In this document: in pieces, positions 37,450 to 47,132 of the stretch
How the letters are laid out: the number at the start of each line of letters is the position of its first letter
Numbering within the stretch: the first letter of the stretch is position 1
Assembly: GCA_964001175.1 (NCBI GenBank)
Contig: CAXFAS010000002.1
Span: forward strand, 66,780-130,779
Length of the DNA: 64,000 nt
DNA from: an uncultured euryarchaeote
Lineage (GTDB): Archaea; Thermoplasmatota; Poseidoniia; Poseidoniales; Poseidoniaceae
Direction of reading: 5' to 3'
The notes under the pieces: generated by a model
What the model saw: only the letters and a program-made list of their open reading frames with translations
What the model was told of the DNA's origin: nothing
Database searches by the model: none
Made by a program: the position numbers and the translations under genes

Positions 37450-38133
37450 ATGGTCTTCCAACCGCAAGAGCAAATACATCTTGGTGCCGAGGCTGAAGTC
37501 TGGTCTGGTTCATGGATGGGCAAGCCAGCAGTTAAGAAAATTAGAAAAAAAAGAGGCTGGAGACATCCAAATTTGGAGAAGCGCCTTGGTTTTAGAAGAA
37601 TGTTATCAGAAGCGAGATTATTGATTCGAGCAAAGAAAGATGGATTAGAGGTCCCAGCTATTTGGGATTTAGACTTAGACGGTGGAATTATTGTTATGGA
37701 AAGATTACCTGGCAAGCCGCTAATTGATATTCTTAGAGACCAAAATACGAGTAAAGAAAATATTTCTAAAGCATTATTTAATTGTGGTTGTTTAGTTAGA
37801 AGACTACATCGATTGGCGATTACGCATGGAGATTTATCGACCAATAACTTTCTTGTTGATGATGACTTGAATTCCTATTTAGTGGATTTTGGTTTGGCTA
37901 CAATTGAATATGAAGTCGAACGTTTTGGCATAGACTTGCATGTAATCGATGAAATCCTTGGTGCCTCCCATCCTTCAATTAAGGGGGGAATTGACATTTT
38001 CATTGATGGTTATTTAGAAGAGGAAAAAAGATTGGGCCCACCTACAGAGTTGTCGGGAGGAAAGGTTCCAACTGCCGAATCGGTAGTAAAAAGACTTGAA
38101 CAAGTACGTTCAAGAGTTAGATATCATGGTTAG
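37450..38133 (+). CDS. bud32: Bud32 / Kae1-associated RIO-type protein kinase (KEOPS subunit), stand-alone
   Basis: GAEAEVW, HGDLSTNNFLV catalytic loop, DFGL. About 227 aa. Confidence 0.8.
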   Translation: MVFQPQEQIHLGAEAEVWSGSWMGKPAVKKIRKKRGWRHPNLEKRLGFRRMLSEARLLIRAKKDGLEVPAIWDLDLDGGIIVMERLPGKPLIDILRDQNTSKENISKALFNCGCLVRRLHRLAITHGDLSTNNFLVDDDLNSYLVDFGLATIEYEVERFGIDLHVIDEILGASHPSIKGGIDIFIDGYLEEEKRLGPPTELSGGKVPTAESVVKRLEQVRSRVRYHG

Positions 38134-38552
38134 TCATCAACTAATAATCTTATTTCTTCAATACTTCTAAGTTCTGCAAGATAAATTTGCTCAATCGAGT
38201 CATAAAGGTCCTGTTCATCAGATCTCTCTATTATTTCCAATAATTCACCGTAAACTTCAGCAGCTTTTGCCTCTGTTTCAAGTGAATAATTTAGCATATC
38301 TTTGTAATTTGTAGTGTGAATTATTTGGTGCACATTTCTTTCTGTAACTGGAATACCCCCGAGTTGAACAATTCCTTTTCGTACAATATCAGCATGTTCA
38401 ATCGATTCAGTCATTTCGGTATTGAACATTGGAGATAATTGTAATCGATGTATTCCTTTTACATTAGCGGAGTAGTGAGCATACATATTTATCGCCCTCA
38501 ACTCCCAGCCAAGTGCTAGGTTCATTTTTTCAATAATATTATTATTTGTCAT
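38130..38552 (-). CDS. ferritin-like (bacterioferritin/Dps-family) di-iron four-helix protein
   Basis: LALGWELRAINMY, ESIEHAD (ExxH), ETEAKAAE, LAELRSIEE. 140 aa. Confidence 0.65.
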   Translation of the reverse strand: MTNNNIIEKMNLALGWELRAINMYAHYSANVKGIHRLQLSPMFNTEMTESIEHADIVRKGIVQLGGIPVTERNVHQIIHTTNYKDMLNYSLETEAKAAEVYGELLEIIERSDEQDLYDSIEQIYLAELRSIEEIRLLVDD

Positions 38553-38638
38553 GGTATCAAATCTTAGGGCATCCGAAACTATTATGCCTCGCCCTGCCCC
38601 GAATATCCATCTGTTAACCAGTACTTAAGGTGTAGGTT

Positions 38639-39013
38639 TTAAGAACTCAATAATTTATCTCCAATAATCCACCCGAGCCATGCTAAAATAGGACATAAGG
38701 TAAAAGTCAAAATAAGGTAAATACTTGCTGAAGATGTATTTCCATCTTGAAGCATCTCTATGGTTTCTACCGAGAATGCTGACATTGTTGTAAATGAGCC
38801 GATAATACCGACTCCTAGAAATAGAGCAAGTTCTGTAGAAATGAGGCTTTGAGATACACTTAATGCTACTATTCCTAGAATAAAAGAACCAATAACATTT
38901 ACTGATATAGTAGCAATTGGAAATGAATCATATGTTATCCATGAACTGATAGCATAACGAAGACTTGCCCCAATACTACCTCCTAATGCAACTAGACCGA
39001 TTTGTTGTAGCAT
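38639..39013 (-). CDS. crcB: fluoride ion channel CrcB/Fluc
   Basis: MLQQIGLVALGGSIGASLRY and GIIGSFTTMSAF are typical CrcB motifs. The ATG at 39013 gives about 124 aa; the longer ORF to 39172 would overlap the divergent gene. Confidence 0.8.
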   Translation of the reverse strand: MLQQIGLVALGGSIGASLRYAISSWITYDSFPIATISVNVIGSFILGIVALSVSQSLISTELALFLGVGIIGSFTTMSAFSVETIEMLQDGNTSSASIYLILTFTLCPILAWLGWIIGDKLLSS

Positions 39014-39113
39014 ACTTGGGGCTGAGGTATTTTTGTTTTCAATACTATGTGAAAATAAATGTAAAAAGCCATATTTAGGGTAGACATGATAATCACCATC
39101 TACTAGCAGTAAC

Positions 39114-39779
39114 ATGAGCCGATTGATTTGGTTTTTGACCGGCAATAAGGGAAAGGTCAATGAAGCCAGCAAATATTTAGTACCTTTAGGCTACGAAGTG
39201 CGCCAATTAGAGGTAAACCCTGATACGATTATTGAACCTCAGTTAGACAACCTAAATGATGTTGCAATGTCTAAAATTGAACAAGCTATACTTCATTTGC
39301 CAGGCGGAGTCAATAGCCAAGATATGTTGATGGTCGAAGACGCAGGTCTTTTCATCGATTCATTAGGAGGTTTTCCAGGAGTTTATTCTTCATATGTTCA
39401 TGAAACCTTAGGCTGTGAAGGAATTATTCGTCTCCTCTCTCACCTTCAGACTGAAGACAGTGTAAGATTAGCCAAACTAAGATCAGCAGAGTTTAGAGCA
39501 GTGGCAGTTTTATGGAAGCAGGGCAAGATATTTGTCGGGTCCGGAACATGTACTGGCTACATAGGACAAAAAATAGTCGAAGAGAATGGTTTTGGATATG
39601 ACCCAATTTTTGTTCCGTTTGATTTAGACTCAAATGGTAAATCATTGTCGGCCGGAGAATATGGAGAAATTAGCACCCATGGAATGCCATTTGGGGGTGT
39701 TGAAATGGACACTAAGAAAAAATTCAGTCATAGGACTCGTGCATTAAACGACTTGGTTAACCAATTGCCATCAGCATGA
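39114..39779 (+). CDS. rdgB: non-canonical purine NTP pyrophosphatase (HAM1/RdgB/ITPase)
   Basis: FLTGNKGKVNEA, EDAGLFIDSLGGFPGVYS, GFGYDPIF, FSHRTRAL. Confidence 0.85.
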   Translation: MSRLIWFLTGNKGKVNEASKYLVPLGYEVRQLEVNPDTIIEPQLDNLNDVAMSKIEQAILHLPGGVNSQDMLMVEDAGLFIDSLGGFPGVYSSYVHETLGCEGIIRLLSHLQTEDSVRLAKLRSAEFRAVAVLWKQGKIFVGSGTCTGYIGQKIVEENGFGYDPIFVPFDLDSNGKSLSAGEYGEISTHGMPFGGVEMDTKKKFSHRTRALNDLVNQLPSA

Positions 39780-39797
39780 TAAGTTAGGAACAATTGC

Positions 39798-40724
39798 ATG
39801 GTGGTGAGGGAAATGGGTTTCGCACGAAATGTATCGGCTTTGATTGCCCTTTCCTGTGGATTATACTATCTCACTTCAGCATCCAGTTTAACTGATGATG
39901 GAAAGTGGACTTTGATTGGAATAACCTTCTTGTTCACAATAATTTGGGTTATGCTTGGCAATCGTTCACCCCGAAGAGTCCCAGTTCCTGTATCTCATGA
40001 ACATGAAGTGGAATCTCAAGATGAGGAAGAAGAAATTGTTGAACAAGCAAATATTCCTGAACCAGTTACTGAAGAATCTCTAGACGGCGCGACACTTAGA
40101 GAGAGAAAATTAGCTAAGATAAAGGCTAGTGAACTCGAGAGACAACAGTTAGAGGACTCTGAAGAAGATGACTTTGTATCAATTGAAGAAGTCGAAGTAG
40201 AACTCGAAGAGTTGCATACTGCAGATGAATATGTAGTTGAAATTAGTCCTGAATCAGTAGAGGACGCTGATATTGAAGTAACTGTATCTAATCGTAGAAT
40301 TCAACATCAAGAGATTAGAGAAAGAATAGAGAAGAGGCGTCGAGGCCAATTAGCAGAAATTAGGGCATCAACAGTTAGGATGTGGGAAGAGCATACTGCT
40401 GGAGAAGATTTAGTCGCAGTATTACAAGATCCAAACCATGGCCAAACTGTTTTAATTGAGCCAGAGAATCCTAAACCAGGGCATATTTATGGCGCTACAT
40501 TTGTTAGAATTAACGATACTCAAATATTGAAATTGAGGACTCCATTAGATGATGGATTTGAAGAGGTTGAGAAGAAACCGAGTCTACCACCTCTAGTCGG
40601 TCCAGATGGAATGCCTTTACCTCCTCTACCTGGAATGGAAAATTTACCTTTACCTCCATTACCAGAACCACCTACTTCTGCAAGCGGGGCCTTGGCTGCG
40701 TTGAAGGAAGAAATGGAAGATTGA
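39798..40724 (+). CDS. membrane-anchored acidic protein with polyproline C-terminus, hypothetical
   Basis: Two N-terminal TMs, a long Glu/Asp-rich region, and C-terminal LPPLVGPDGMPLPPLPGMENLPLPPLPEPP. Confidence 0.5.
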   Translation: MVVREMGFARNVSALIALSCGLYYLTSASSLTDDGKWTLIGITFLFTIIWVMLGNRSPRRVPVPVSHEHEVESQDEEEEIVEQANIPEPVTEESLDGATLRERKLAKIKASELERQQLEDSEEDDFVSIEEVEVELEELHTADEYVVEISPESVEDADIEVTVSNRRIQHQEIRERIEKRRRGQLAEIRASTVRMWEEHTAGEDLVAVLQDPNHGQTVLIEPENPKPGHIYGATFVRINDTQILKLRTPLDDGFEEVEKKPSLPPLVGPDGMPLPPLPGMENLPLPPLPEPPTSASGALAALKEEMED

Positions 40725-40737
40725 CGAGGCTATATTA

Positions 40738-41460
40738 ATGGAATCAATCAATCATAATAGCCAAAAAAAATCTTCACACCATCAGAAGTTAGCTCTTTGG
40801 GGATTATTCTTAGTAGCCATTGCTCCAAGTATTTCAGTGATAACAGGATTCGCATTAAAAGCCGGATTTATAGCAATTATAGTATTTATTTTTACTAAAA
40901 TTTGGATTTTTGGATTACCTGCTTTTTGGTACCTAAAGATAGAGAAGGGAAAGTTTTCACTTTCTATACCTAAAAATGGAGGGTGGAAGGAATCATTTTT
41001 ACTCGGTTTAGGGATGCTTGTAGTTATTTTCATCGCTTATTTCATTCTAGGTGAAAAAATGCTGAAACCTGAAGATCTGAACGAAATTTTAGATTCTGTA
41101 GGTTTGACAGTGGCTTGGAAATTTGCATTGGCAATTTTCTTTTGGGTATTCATAAATTCAGTTCTAGAGGAATATGTTTTCAGATGGTTCATAACTTCTA
41201 AAATCGAGCAATTAACCGGAGGGGTTTGGCTCCCGATATTTATTTCTGCAGGCATTTTTACAATTCATCACACTATAGCACTAGCCTTCTTCATTGACCC
41301 ATTAGGAAATTTCATCGCATCTTTAGGAGTATTTATTGGAGGTTCAATTTTTTCTTGGTTATATCTTCGTTATCGAAGTATTTGGATTGCTTGGCTTGCT
41401 CACGCGATTGCAGATATAGCAATATTCACTATTGCTTGGCACTTAGTCATCGGCTTTTGA
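40738..41460 (+). CDS. CPBP-family (CAAX/Abi) intramembrane glutamic endopeptidase
   Basis: EEYVFRW (EExxxR), FTIHHT (FxxxH) and HAIAD (HxxxD), with multiple TMs. Confidence 0.8.
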   Translation: MESINHNSQKKSSHHQKLALWGLFLVAIAPSISVITGFALKAGFIAIIVFIFTKIWIFGLPAFWYLKIEKGKFSLSIPKNGGWKESFLLGLGMLVVIFIAYFILGEKMLKPEDLNEILDSVGLTVAWKFALAIFFWVFINSVLEEYVFRWFITSKIEQLTGGVWLPIFISAGIFTIHHTIALAFFIDPLGNFIASLGVFIGGSIFSWLYLRYRSIWIAWLAHAIADIAIFTIAWHLVIGF

Positions 41461-42306
41461 TTATCGATGCTTCCATTCCGGAGTTTCACGATTAAGAAAT
41501 GCTTGAACACCTATTTCTTGATCTTCAGTATCAAAAATTTTGGCAAAATAGTCTGCTTCAACCGCAATACCTTCTTCTAAGCCTACTTCTAAGGCCGCTC
41601 TAATTACTGTTTTAGCAACAGCCATAGTACTCGAAGATTTACTGGAAATTAATTTGGCCATATTGATGGTAAATTCATATAATTCATCAGGAGAAACAAC
41701 ATGATTGACTAAACCAATTCTATTCGCTTCATTTGCATCTACCATCTCACCGGTCATGATTAATTCCATTGCTTTTCCATACCCTAGAAGTTTGACAAGT
41801 CTCTGAGTTGCTCCATAGCCTGGTATTAATCCTAGATTAATTTCAGGGGTTCCAAATTTAGATCGTTCACTTGCAATTCTTATGTCACAAGAACAAGCAA
41901 CTTCACAACCGCCACCAAGAGCAAATCCATCAATCATTGCAATTGTTGGCTTGCTGAGAGACCAAAGTGCTTCAACAGCATTATTCGAAAATTTAACCTT
42001 GATTTCATCGCTTTTCTTTCCTACAAATTCAGTAATATCCGCACCAGCAACAAAAGAATGCGGCTTCGCTCTTTTTCCTTCTTCTGGAGTTAACGGCTTC
42101 GCTCCAGTTAATACAACGCATCGTACAGAATCATCAGATTCGACCCATTGACAAATTTTCTTGATAGAATCCATTACCTCAGAATTCAACGAATTCAGTT
42201 TATTTGGTCGATTAATGGTTATCAATGCCACATTCCCTAGGTTAGAATTTTCTTCATCAGATGGAATCAATTCGACATTTACAACTTCGCTTTCTGGTAC
42301 GGCCAT
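41461..42306 (-). CDS. enoyl-CoA hydratase/isomerase (crotonase) family
   Basis: FVAGADI, AMIDGFALGGGCEVA, PEINLGLIPGYGATQRL. Confidence 0.85.
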   Translation of the reverse strand: MAVPESEVVNVELIPSDEENSNLGNVALITINRPNKLNSLNSEVMDSIKKICQWVESDDSVRCVVLTGAKPLTPEEGKRAKPHSFVAGADITEFVGKKSDEIKVKFSNNAVEALWSLSKPTIAMIDGFALGGGCEVACSCDIRIASERSKFGTPEINLGLIPGYGATQRLVKLLGYGKAMELIMTGEMVDANEANRIGLVNHVVSPDELYEFTINMAKLISSKSSSTMAVAKTVIRAALEVGLEEGIAVEADYFAKIFDTEDQEIGVQAFLNRETPEWKHR

Positions 42307-42390
42307 AGCAACCCCACAAGGATTGACTTCATGATATATGCGACGTTATGTTAAACCAATAGTAAAAAGTAAAGCATTCTTCGGTTGAAC

Positions 42391-43170
42391 ATGGGTGAAT
42401 CAAATACTCCTTTAGTAAAGGCAGTAGATATGGCTAAGAAATACGGTGATTTCATTGCATTACATCCCTTGAATGTGGAAGTTCACTCAGGAGAATTCTT
42501 CGGAGTTTTTGGACCTAATGGTGCAGGTAAATCTACTTTCATAAAGTTACTGACAGGGCAATTAAAACCGAGTAAAGGTTTGATTGAAGTACTTGGAATC
42601 AATGCTGTTGGCGATCCTCAAAAACTCAAAGCAAACATAGGAATAGTTCCTGAATCCGAGTCTCCACCATCATTTCTTACACCAGTTGAATTTCTAGAGT
42701 TTGTTGCTAAATTACGAAATATTGATGACTATAAGGGGCAAGTCGAATATTGGCTTGATTGGTTTGGATTAGAAGAAAAAAGGAATACGATGTGTAAGGA
42801 TTTGTCTAAAGGACAAAGACAGAAAGTAATGCTCTCTGCGGCTTTTATTCACAAACCAAAACTATTATTTTTAGATGAGCCATTTGCTAATTTAGACCCG
42901 ATTTATCAACGAAAATGTAGACAGTGGTTATTAGATCATGTCAATGAAGGCGGGACAATTTTTCTTTGTTCACATGTTTTAGAAATGGCTGAGAGAATGT
43001 GCAATAGGATGGCTATAATTAATGATGGAAAAGTTCTTGCAGCAGGTTCAGTTAGTGATTTGAAGTTATCAAATAAAGAAACTTTGGAAGATGTATTCAT
43101 AAGATTAGTTGGACGTTCGATAGAAGATGTTGAACGTATAAATGAAGAAGGTATCTCAGAGGAGGAGTAG
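42391..43170 (+). CDS. ABC transporter ATP-binding protein
   Basis: GPNGAGKST (Walker A), LSKGQRQK (signature), LLFLDEP (Walker B). An in-frame TTG at 42385 is also possible. Confidence 0.9.
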   Translation: MGESNTPLVKAVDMAKKYGDFIALHPLNVEVHSGEFFGVFGPNGAGKSTFIKLLTGQLKPSKGLIEVLGINAVGDPQKLKANIGIVPESESPPSFLTPVEFLEFVAKLRNIDDYKGQVEYWLDWFGLEEKRNTMCKDLSKGQRQKVMLSAAFIHKPKLLFLDEPFANLDPIYQRKCRQWLLDHVNEGGTIFLCSHVLEMAERMCNRMAIINDGKVLAAGSVSDLKLSNKETLEDVFIRLVGRSIEDVERINEEGISEEE

Positions 43171-43181
43171 AACTGGCTAAA

Positions 43182-44867
43182 ATGATAATATCTTCCAAGC
43201 ATTGGGATGATGTTAATTTTACCGAGCCAAGAGAGAGTCTAGGTACCAGTTCTCATGGGCAGAATCTTCTAACTCCAATCCGTGGTTGGAAATCATTCAA
43301 AGCAACTTTCAAAGTAATGTTCAAGGAGGAGTTTAGGAAAAACATTGAATTTGCCAAGGCTCGTCAAATAATCCTATTTCCGCTATTACTTTCCTTAATC
43401 ACGATGATTTCAACAGTCGGATTACAATTTTTAGTAGGCGATTCAGCTGCTCAAACTAGTGATATTGAATCTAAAACCTTTACTTGGCAAGAGTTGCGAT
43501 TTGCTCTTCATCTTCCTCTACTAATGTTCAGTTTAGGGATGGGGACATTTGCATTTATGGGCCGAGATGCTCTGATTAGAAGAACAGGAACTAAGAATTT
43601 CCTCCTTGCTTCTCCTGCATTACAACCATTACCAAATTCAATTGCTCATTATGTTTACTTCATCAAAGATTTATGTTTTTATGTTCTACTTATTCTGTCA
43701 CCGATAATTTTTGGAATGTTCTTGGGTATTTGTCTTGAATCGATTGCATCAATCAAAACTCCTCTCGAATTTTCTAGTTTGCCATGGACATGGATTGCTA
43801 TGACTATAACGCTGGCCCAGGGCTTAGTTTTCTCCTTTTTGGCATCTGCACTGTGGATGCGAGGTAGACCTTACACAATTTTGGGTCCGATATTCATTGT
43901 TATTTTTGGTATTCTAGCAGGTGTTGGAATTGTTGATTTAGATTGGATTTTACTTGGTTTGAAAGTTCAATCTTCTCAGAGCTTTTCAATTGCCTTTATT
44001 TCTTTAGTCGCCTGCTTGGCATTAGGTTTTCTTTCATCTAAATTAATCATTGATGATTTTGATGTTAGTGTGGTCGAAAAAGGAGACATGCTTGAACCCA
44101 TATATCAAAGATTGAATTTTTTGGGCAAGGGCGATGTAAGGCTAATAGTGGCAAAAGAGTTCGTCGATCTTTTTCGCTCTGGTTCGATTAAAAAGATGAC
44201 AGTATCTTATGCAATACCACTATTGGTTCTACTTGGAATGGCTTGGTTAATCGATTTTGCCGAGGCTCCAATCCCGATAAATCTGTTATCTTATGCGCCA
44301 TTTCTTGGATTCTTTGGTTTCAACTTCTATTCATGGCTAACTATTTTAGATTCCCCGGAATTCATGAATGGGTTGCCATTACGCGTTCCACAATTAATTA
44401 GAGCCAAGGTTATTGTATATTTCTTAGCTACTTCTTGGATATCCTTGATTTTCATTATTTTAATGGCGTGGCGTTTGGATGAGTGGGCTTCATTGCCGAC
44501 CAGTATCATCGTTATGTTTGCAAATTCGATTTATATTGTAGCATTGACTGCTTATCTAATGGGATTAAGGCCAAATCAAGCAATATTTGATGCTTCAATT
44601 ATGATTTGGTTTTGGATCGGCACGGTTCTTCCACTACTCGGATTATTCTTACTTTCATTTACTCAAGGAGATGTTTCATTGTATGGTAATTGGTGGGAGC
44701 GAGCATCTCAAGATGGTTTAGCTGCAACAGCTGCGATGTATGATGAAAGTTTAGTTCAGCAAGGATATATGGGTATGATTTTAATTTCTATTGGATTACT
44801 ATTTGCTTCAGCACTTTTATGGAAATTAATGGATAGACGATGGGGCAAAACTCATTTCATCAATTAA
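43182..44867 (+). CDS. large polytopic membrane protein, probable permease partner of the ABC ATPase
   Basis: 561 aa with at least 10 TM helices. Starts 11 nt after the ATPase stop. No specific motif recognised. Confidence 0.5.
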   Translation: MIISSKHWDDVNFTEPRESLGTSSHGQNLLTPIRGWKSFKATFKVMFKEEFRKNIEFAKARQIILFPLLLSLITMISTVGLQFLVGDSAAQTSDIESKTFTWQELRFALHLPLLMFSLGMGTFAFMGRDALIRRTGTKNFLLASPALQPLPNSIAHYVYFIKDLCFYVLLILSPIIFGMFLGICLESIASIKTPLEFSSLPWTWIAMTITLAQGLVFSFLASALWMRGRPYTILGPIFIVIFGILAGVGIVDLDWILLGLKVQSSQSFSIAFISLVACLALGFLSSKLIIDDFDVSVVEKGDMLEPIYQRLNFLGKGDVRLIVAKEFVDLFRSGSIKKMTVSYAIPLLVLLGMAWLIDFAEAPIPINLLSYAPFLGFFGFNFYSWLTILDSPEFMNGLPLRVPQLIRAKVIVYFLATSWISLIFIILMAWRLDEWASLPTSIIVMFANSIYIVALTAYLMGLRPNQAIFDASIMIWFWIGTVLPLLGLFLLSFTQGDVSLYGNWWERASQDGLAATAAMYDESLVQQGYMGMILISIGLLFASALLWKLMDRRWGKTHFIN

Positions 44868-44926
44868 TCTACTTTAGAATAAAAATTTAGGGGTTATATT
44901 AAGGGCGTCCGCCTTGACGAGAAATC

Positions 44927-45478
44927 ATGGGAAGAGTCCTTGCTGTGTGTGGTTTACCAGGTTCAGGGAAAGGTGAATTTGCATCAGTTATGGAAAGAAA
45001 TAAAATTCCTATTTTATCGATGGGTGATATGGTTAGAGCCGAAGTTTCAAGACTCGGATTAGAAGAGTCTCCAGGAATTTTTGGTGAAATTGCTGCACAA
45101 TTACGAGCCGAGTTTGGAGATGATGTTCTTGCAAAGAGACTTTGCAATGCGGTTGATGAATTACTTGATACAAATGATATTATTTTGATTGAAGGGCTTA
45201 GAGGAACTGCTGAATTTGATTTATTCAGTTCACGCTGGGGTGAGAAGTTTTCAACAATAGCCATTACTGCATCTCGCGAGATTCGGTTTGAACGAACTCA
45301 AACAAGAGGTCGTTCTGAGGATGGAGATATATCTGCCTTTGAAATTAGAGAAAAACGTGAAACCGGCTGGGGATTAGATGTTTTGATAGAGAGCGCTGAT
45401 ATCACTCTTCCCAACGAATCGAACCTTGAAGAATTTCATAATATGTGTCACAACTGGCTTCAAGAAATTAGAAATTGA
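44927..45478 (+). CDS. small P-loop nucleotide kinase-fold protein (archaeal UPF0200 / dephospho-CoA-kinase-like)
   Basis: VLAVCGLPGSGKGEF Walker A, SMGDMVRAEV, IEGLRG, RGRSEDGD. Confidence 0.5.
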   Translation: MGRVLAVCGLPGSGKGEFASVMERNKIPILSMGDMVRAEVSRLGLEESPGIFGEIAAQLRAEFGDDVLAKRLCNAVDELLDTNDIILIEGLRGTAEFDLFSSRWGEKFSTIAITASREIRFERTQTRGRSEDGDISAFEIREKRETGWGLDVLIESADITLPNESNLEEFHNMCHNWLQEIRN

Positions 45479-45596
45479 AAAGAAATCTCTTGGCTTTTTG
45501 TTTTGTAACGCAGGGCGACGATTTTCTTGTTAAATTTCAGCGAAGTGTTATAGTCGGCCGATGCGTGTGCTAGAATGCTTCGGCGAGGGATGATGT

Positions 45597-47120
45597 ATGG
45601 CGCGAAAAAGAGGGAGTAGAGGCAAACGCCAGAGAGCCCAGCAAAGAGCACAGTATGATGAACTGGATAAATACCCAGTTTTGCCACCTCATGCTTTCGC
45701 CAGAGTAGTCAGAGATAGGCAGACATTGAACATCATTTATCAGATTATTGAACCGCCCATGACGAAGAAAGAACAAGAGTATAGAGACGAGATTATGGAT
45801 ATTTTTATTCGTTCTCTTACTGCAAACATCGAAGAGATTGATGCTAATCCGGAAGCATATATCAGAACTGCAATGGATAAAGTAATCAAGTCATATGGTA
45901 TGAAAATAAATAAAAAATCCAAGTCTAAAATCTTCTATTATCTTCGAAGAGACCTGATCGGATATGGTCAAATGGATGTTTTGATGAATGATGCTAACGT
46001 TGAAGATATTTCCTGTGATGGTACCAATGTACCTATATTTGCTTATCACCGTAAATTCGAATCCGTCGAAACAACTTGTGTTTGGCCTAATGACGATTTA
46101 TTAGAATCATATGTAATTAAACTGGCGCAGAGGTGTGGCAAGCATATTTCAGTTGCAGACCCACTTCTCGATGCAACATTGATGGATGGTTCTAGAATTG
46201 TAATGAAACTTGGCCATGAAGTTTCTACTCGAGGTTCTTCGTTCTGTATTCGTAGATTCAAAGATGATCCTTTTTCGCCTGCAGATATTATTGCATTTAG
46301 AACAATGTCATCATTGATGGTCGCTTATCTTTGGATTGCTTTCCAAAATGAAGTTCCAATGCTGTTTGTAGGCGGTACCGCATCTGGTAAAACTACTACT
46401 CTAAACGCTATGTGTATCTTCATTCCATGGCAAATGAAAATTGTTTCAATCGAATCTACTCGTGAAGTTAACATTCCTCAGCCAAACTGGGTCCCTGGTC
46501 TTACAAGACAAGGTTTTGGTGGAGAATCAACCGAGGGTGTAATTGGTGAGTTCGAACTACTAAAAGCCGCTCTTCGTGAACGGCCAGAGTATATCATCGT
46601 GGGAGAAATTCGTGGTGCTGAGGCATATGTTCTATTCCAAGCCATGGCAACAGGACACTGTGCTTATTCGACAGTTCACGCCGATTCAGTACCATCTTTA
46701 GTTCACAGGCTTGAAAACAAACCCATCGATATTCCTCGTGTTCTTCTTCCTGCTCTAGAAGCCTGTTCGATTCAGATTCAAACAAGAATTAACGGAAAGC
46801 GTGTTAGAAGAACAAAGCAACTTGTAGAGATTGTTGGTATCGACCCTAACTCACTTGAAGTGATCACCAATGAAGTATTTAGATGGGATGTCACTACAGA
46901 TGACTTCATTTTCAGCGGTAAATCCTATGTTCTTGAGAAAATCATGGTTAAGTTGAATTACTCCCAAGACGATATGAGGAGAGAACTCAGGACTAGAAAG
47001 AGAATACTTGAGTGGATGGTTTTGAATGATATTAGGAAGGCTGACCAAGTGTCACAGATCGTTACAGAATATTATGTGAGACCTAATGAGATTTTAGCAC
47101 GTGTTGACGGACTACGTTGA
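45597..47120 (+). CDS. FlaI/ArlI-PilB-like type II/IV secretion-family ATPase
   Basis: VGGTASGKTTTLNA (Walker A), EYIIVGEIRGAEA (Walker B / Asp box), ATGHCAYSTVHA (His box). Confidence 0.9.
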   Translation: MARKRGSRGKRQRAQQRAQYDELDKYPVLPPHAFARVVRDRQTLNIIYQIIEPPMTKKEQEYRDEIMDIFIRSLTANIEEIDANPEAYIRTAMDKVIKSYGMKINKKSKSKIFYYLRRDLIGYGQMDVLMNDANVEDISCDGTNVPIFAYHRKFESVETTCVWPNDDLLESYVIKLAQRCGKHISVADPLLDATLMDGSRIVMKLGHEVSTRGSSFCIRRFKDDPFSPADIIAFRTMSSLMVAYLWIAFQNEVPMLFVGGTASGKTTTLNAMCIFIPWQMKIVSIESTREVNIPQPNWVPGLTRQGFGGESTEGVIGEFELLKAALRERPEYIIVGEIRGAEAYVLFQAMATGHCAYSTVHADSVPSLVHRLENKPIDIPRVLLPALEACSIQIQTRINGKRVRRTKQLVEIVGIDPNSLEVITNEVFRWDVTTDDFIFSGKSYVLEKIMVKLNYSQDDMRRELRTRKRILEWMVLNDIRKADQVSQIVTEYYVRPNEILARVDGLR

Positions 47121-47132
47121 TGAGGGGATTTT

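Noticed and set aside
37398-37844. 148-aa minus-strand ORF, and the 62-aa ORF at 37436-37624
   Set aside because: Both overlap the Bud32 kinase gene (37450-38133), which has clear catalytic motifs. The 148-aa ORF is antisense and the 62-aa ORF is same-strand but out of frame. The alternative translations have no recognisable features.
39014-39113. Possible fluoride riboswitch upstream of crcB
   Set aside because: The minus-strand leader contains a GUAGA...UCUAC hairpin with GAUGGUG. It lacks the conserved AACCGCC and CUGAUGAU-type elements of the crcB motif as I remember them. A covariance-model scan would settle it.
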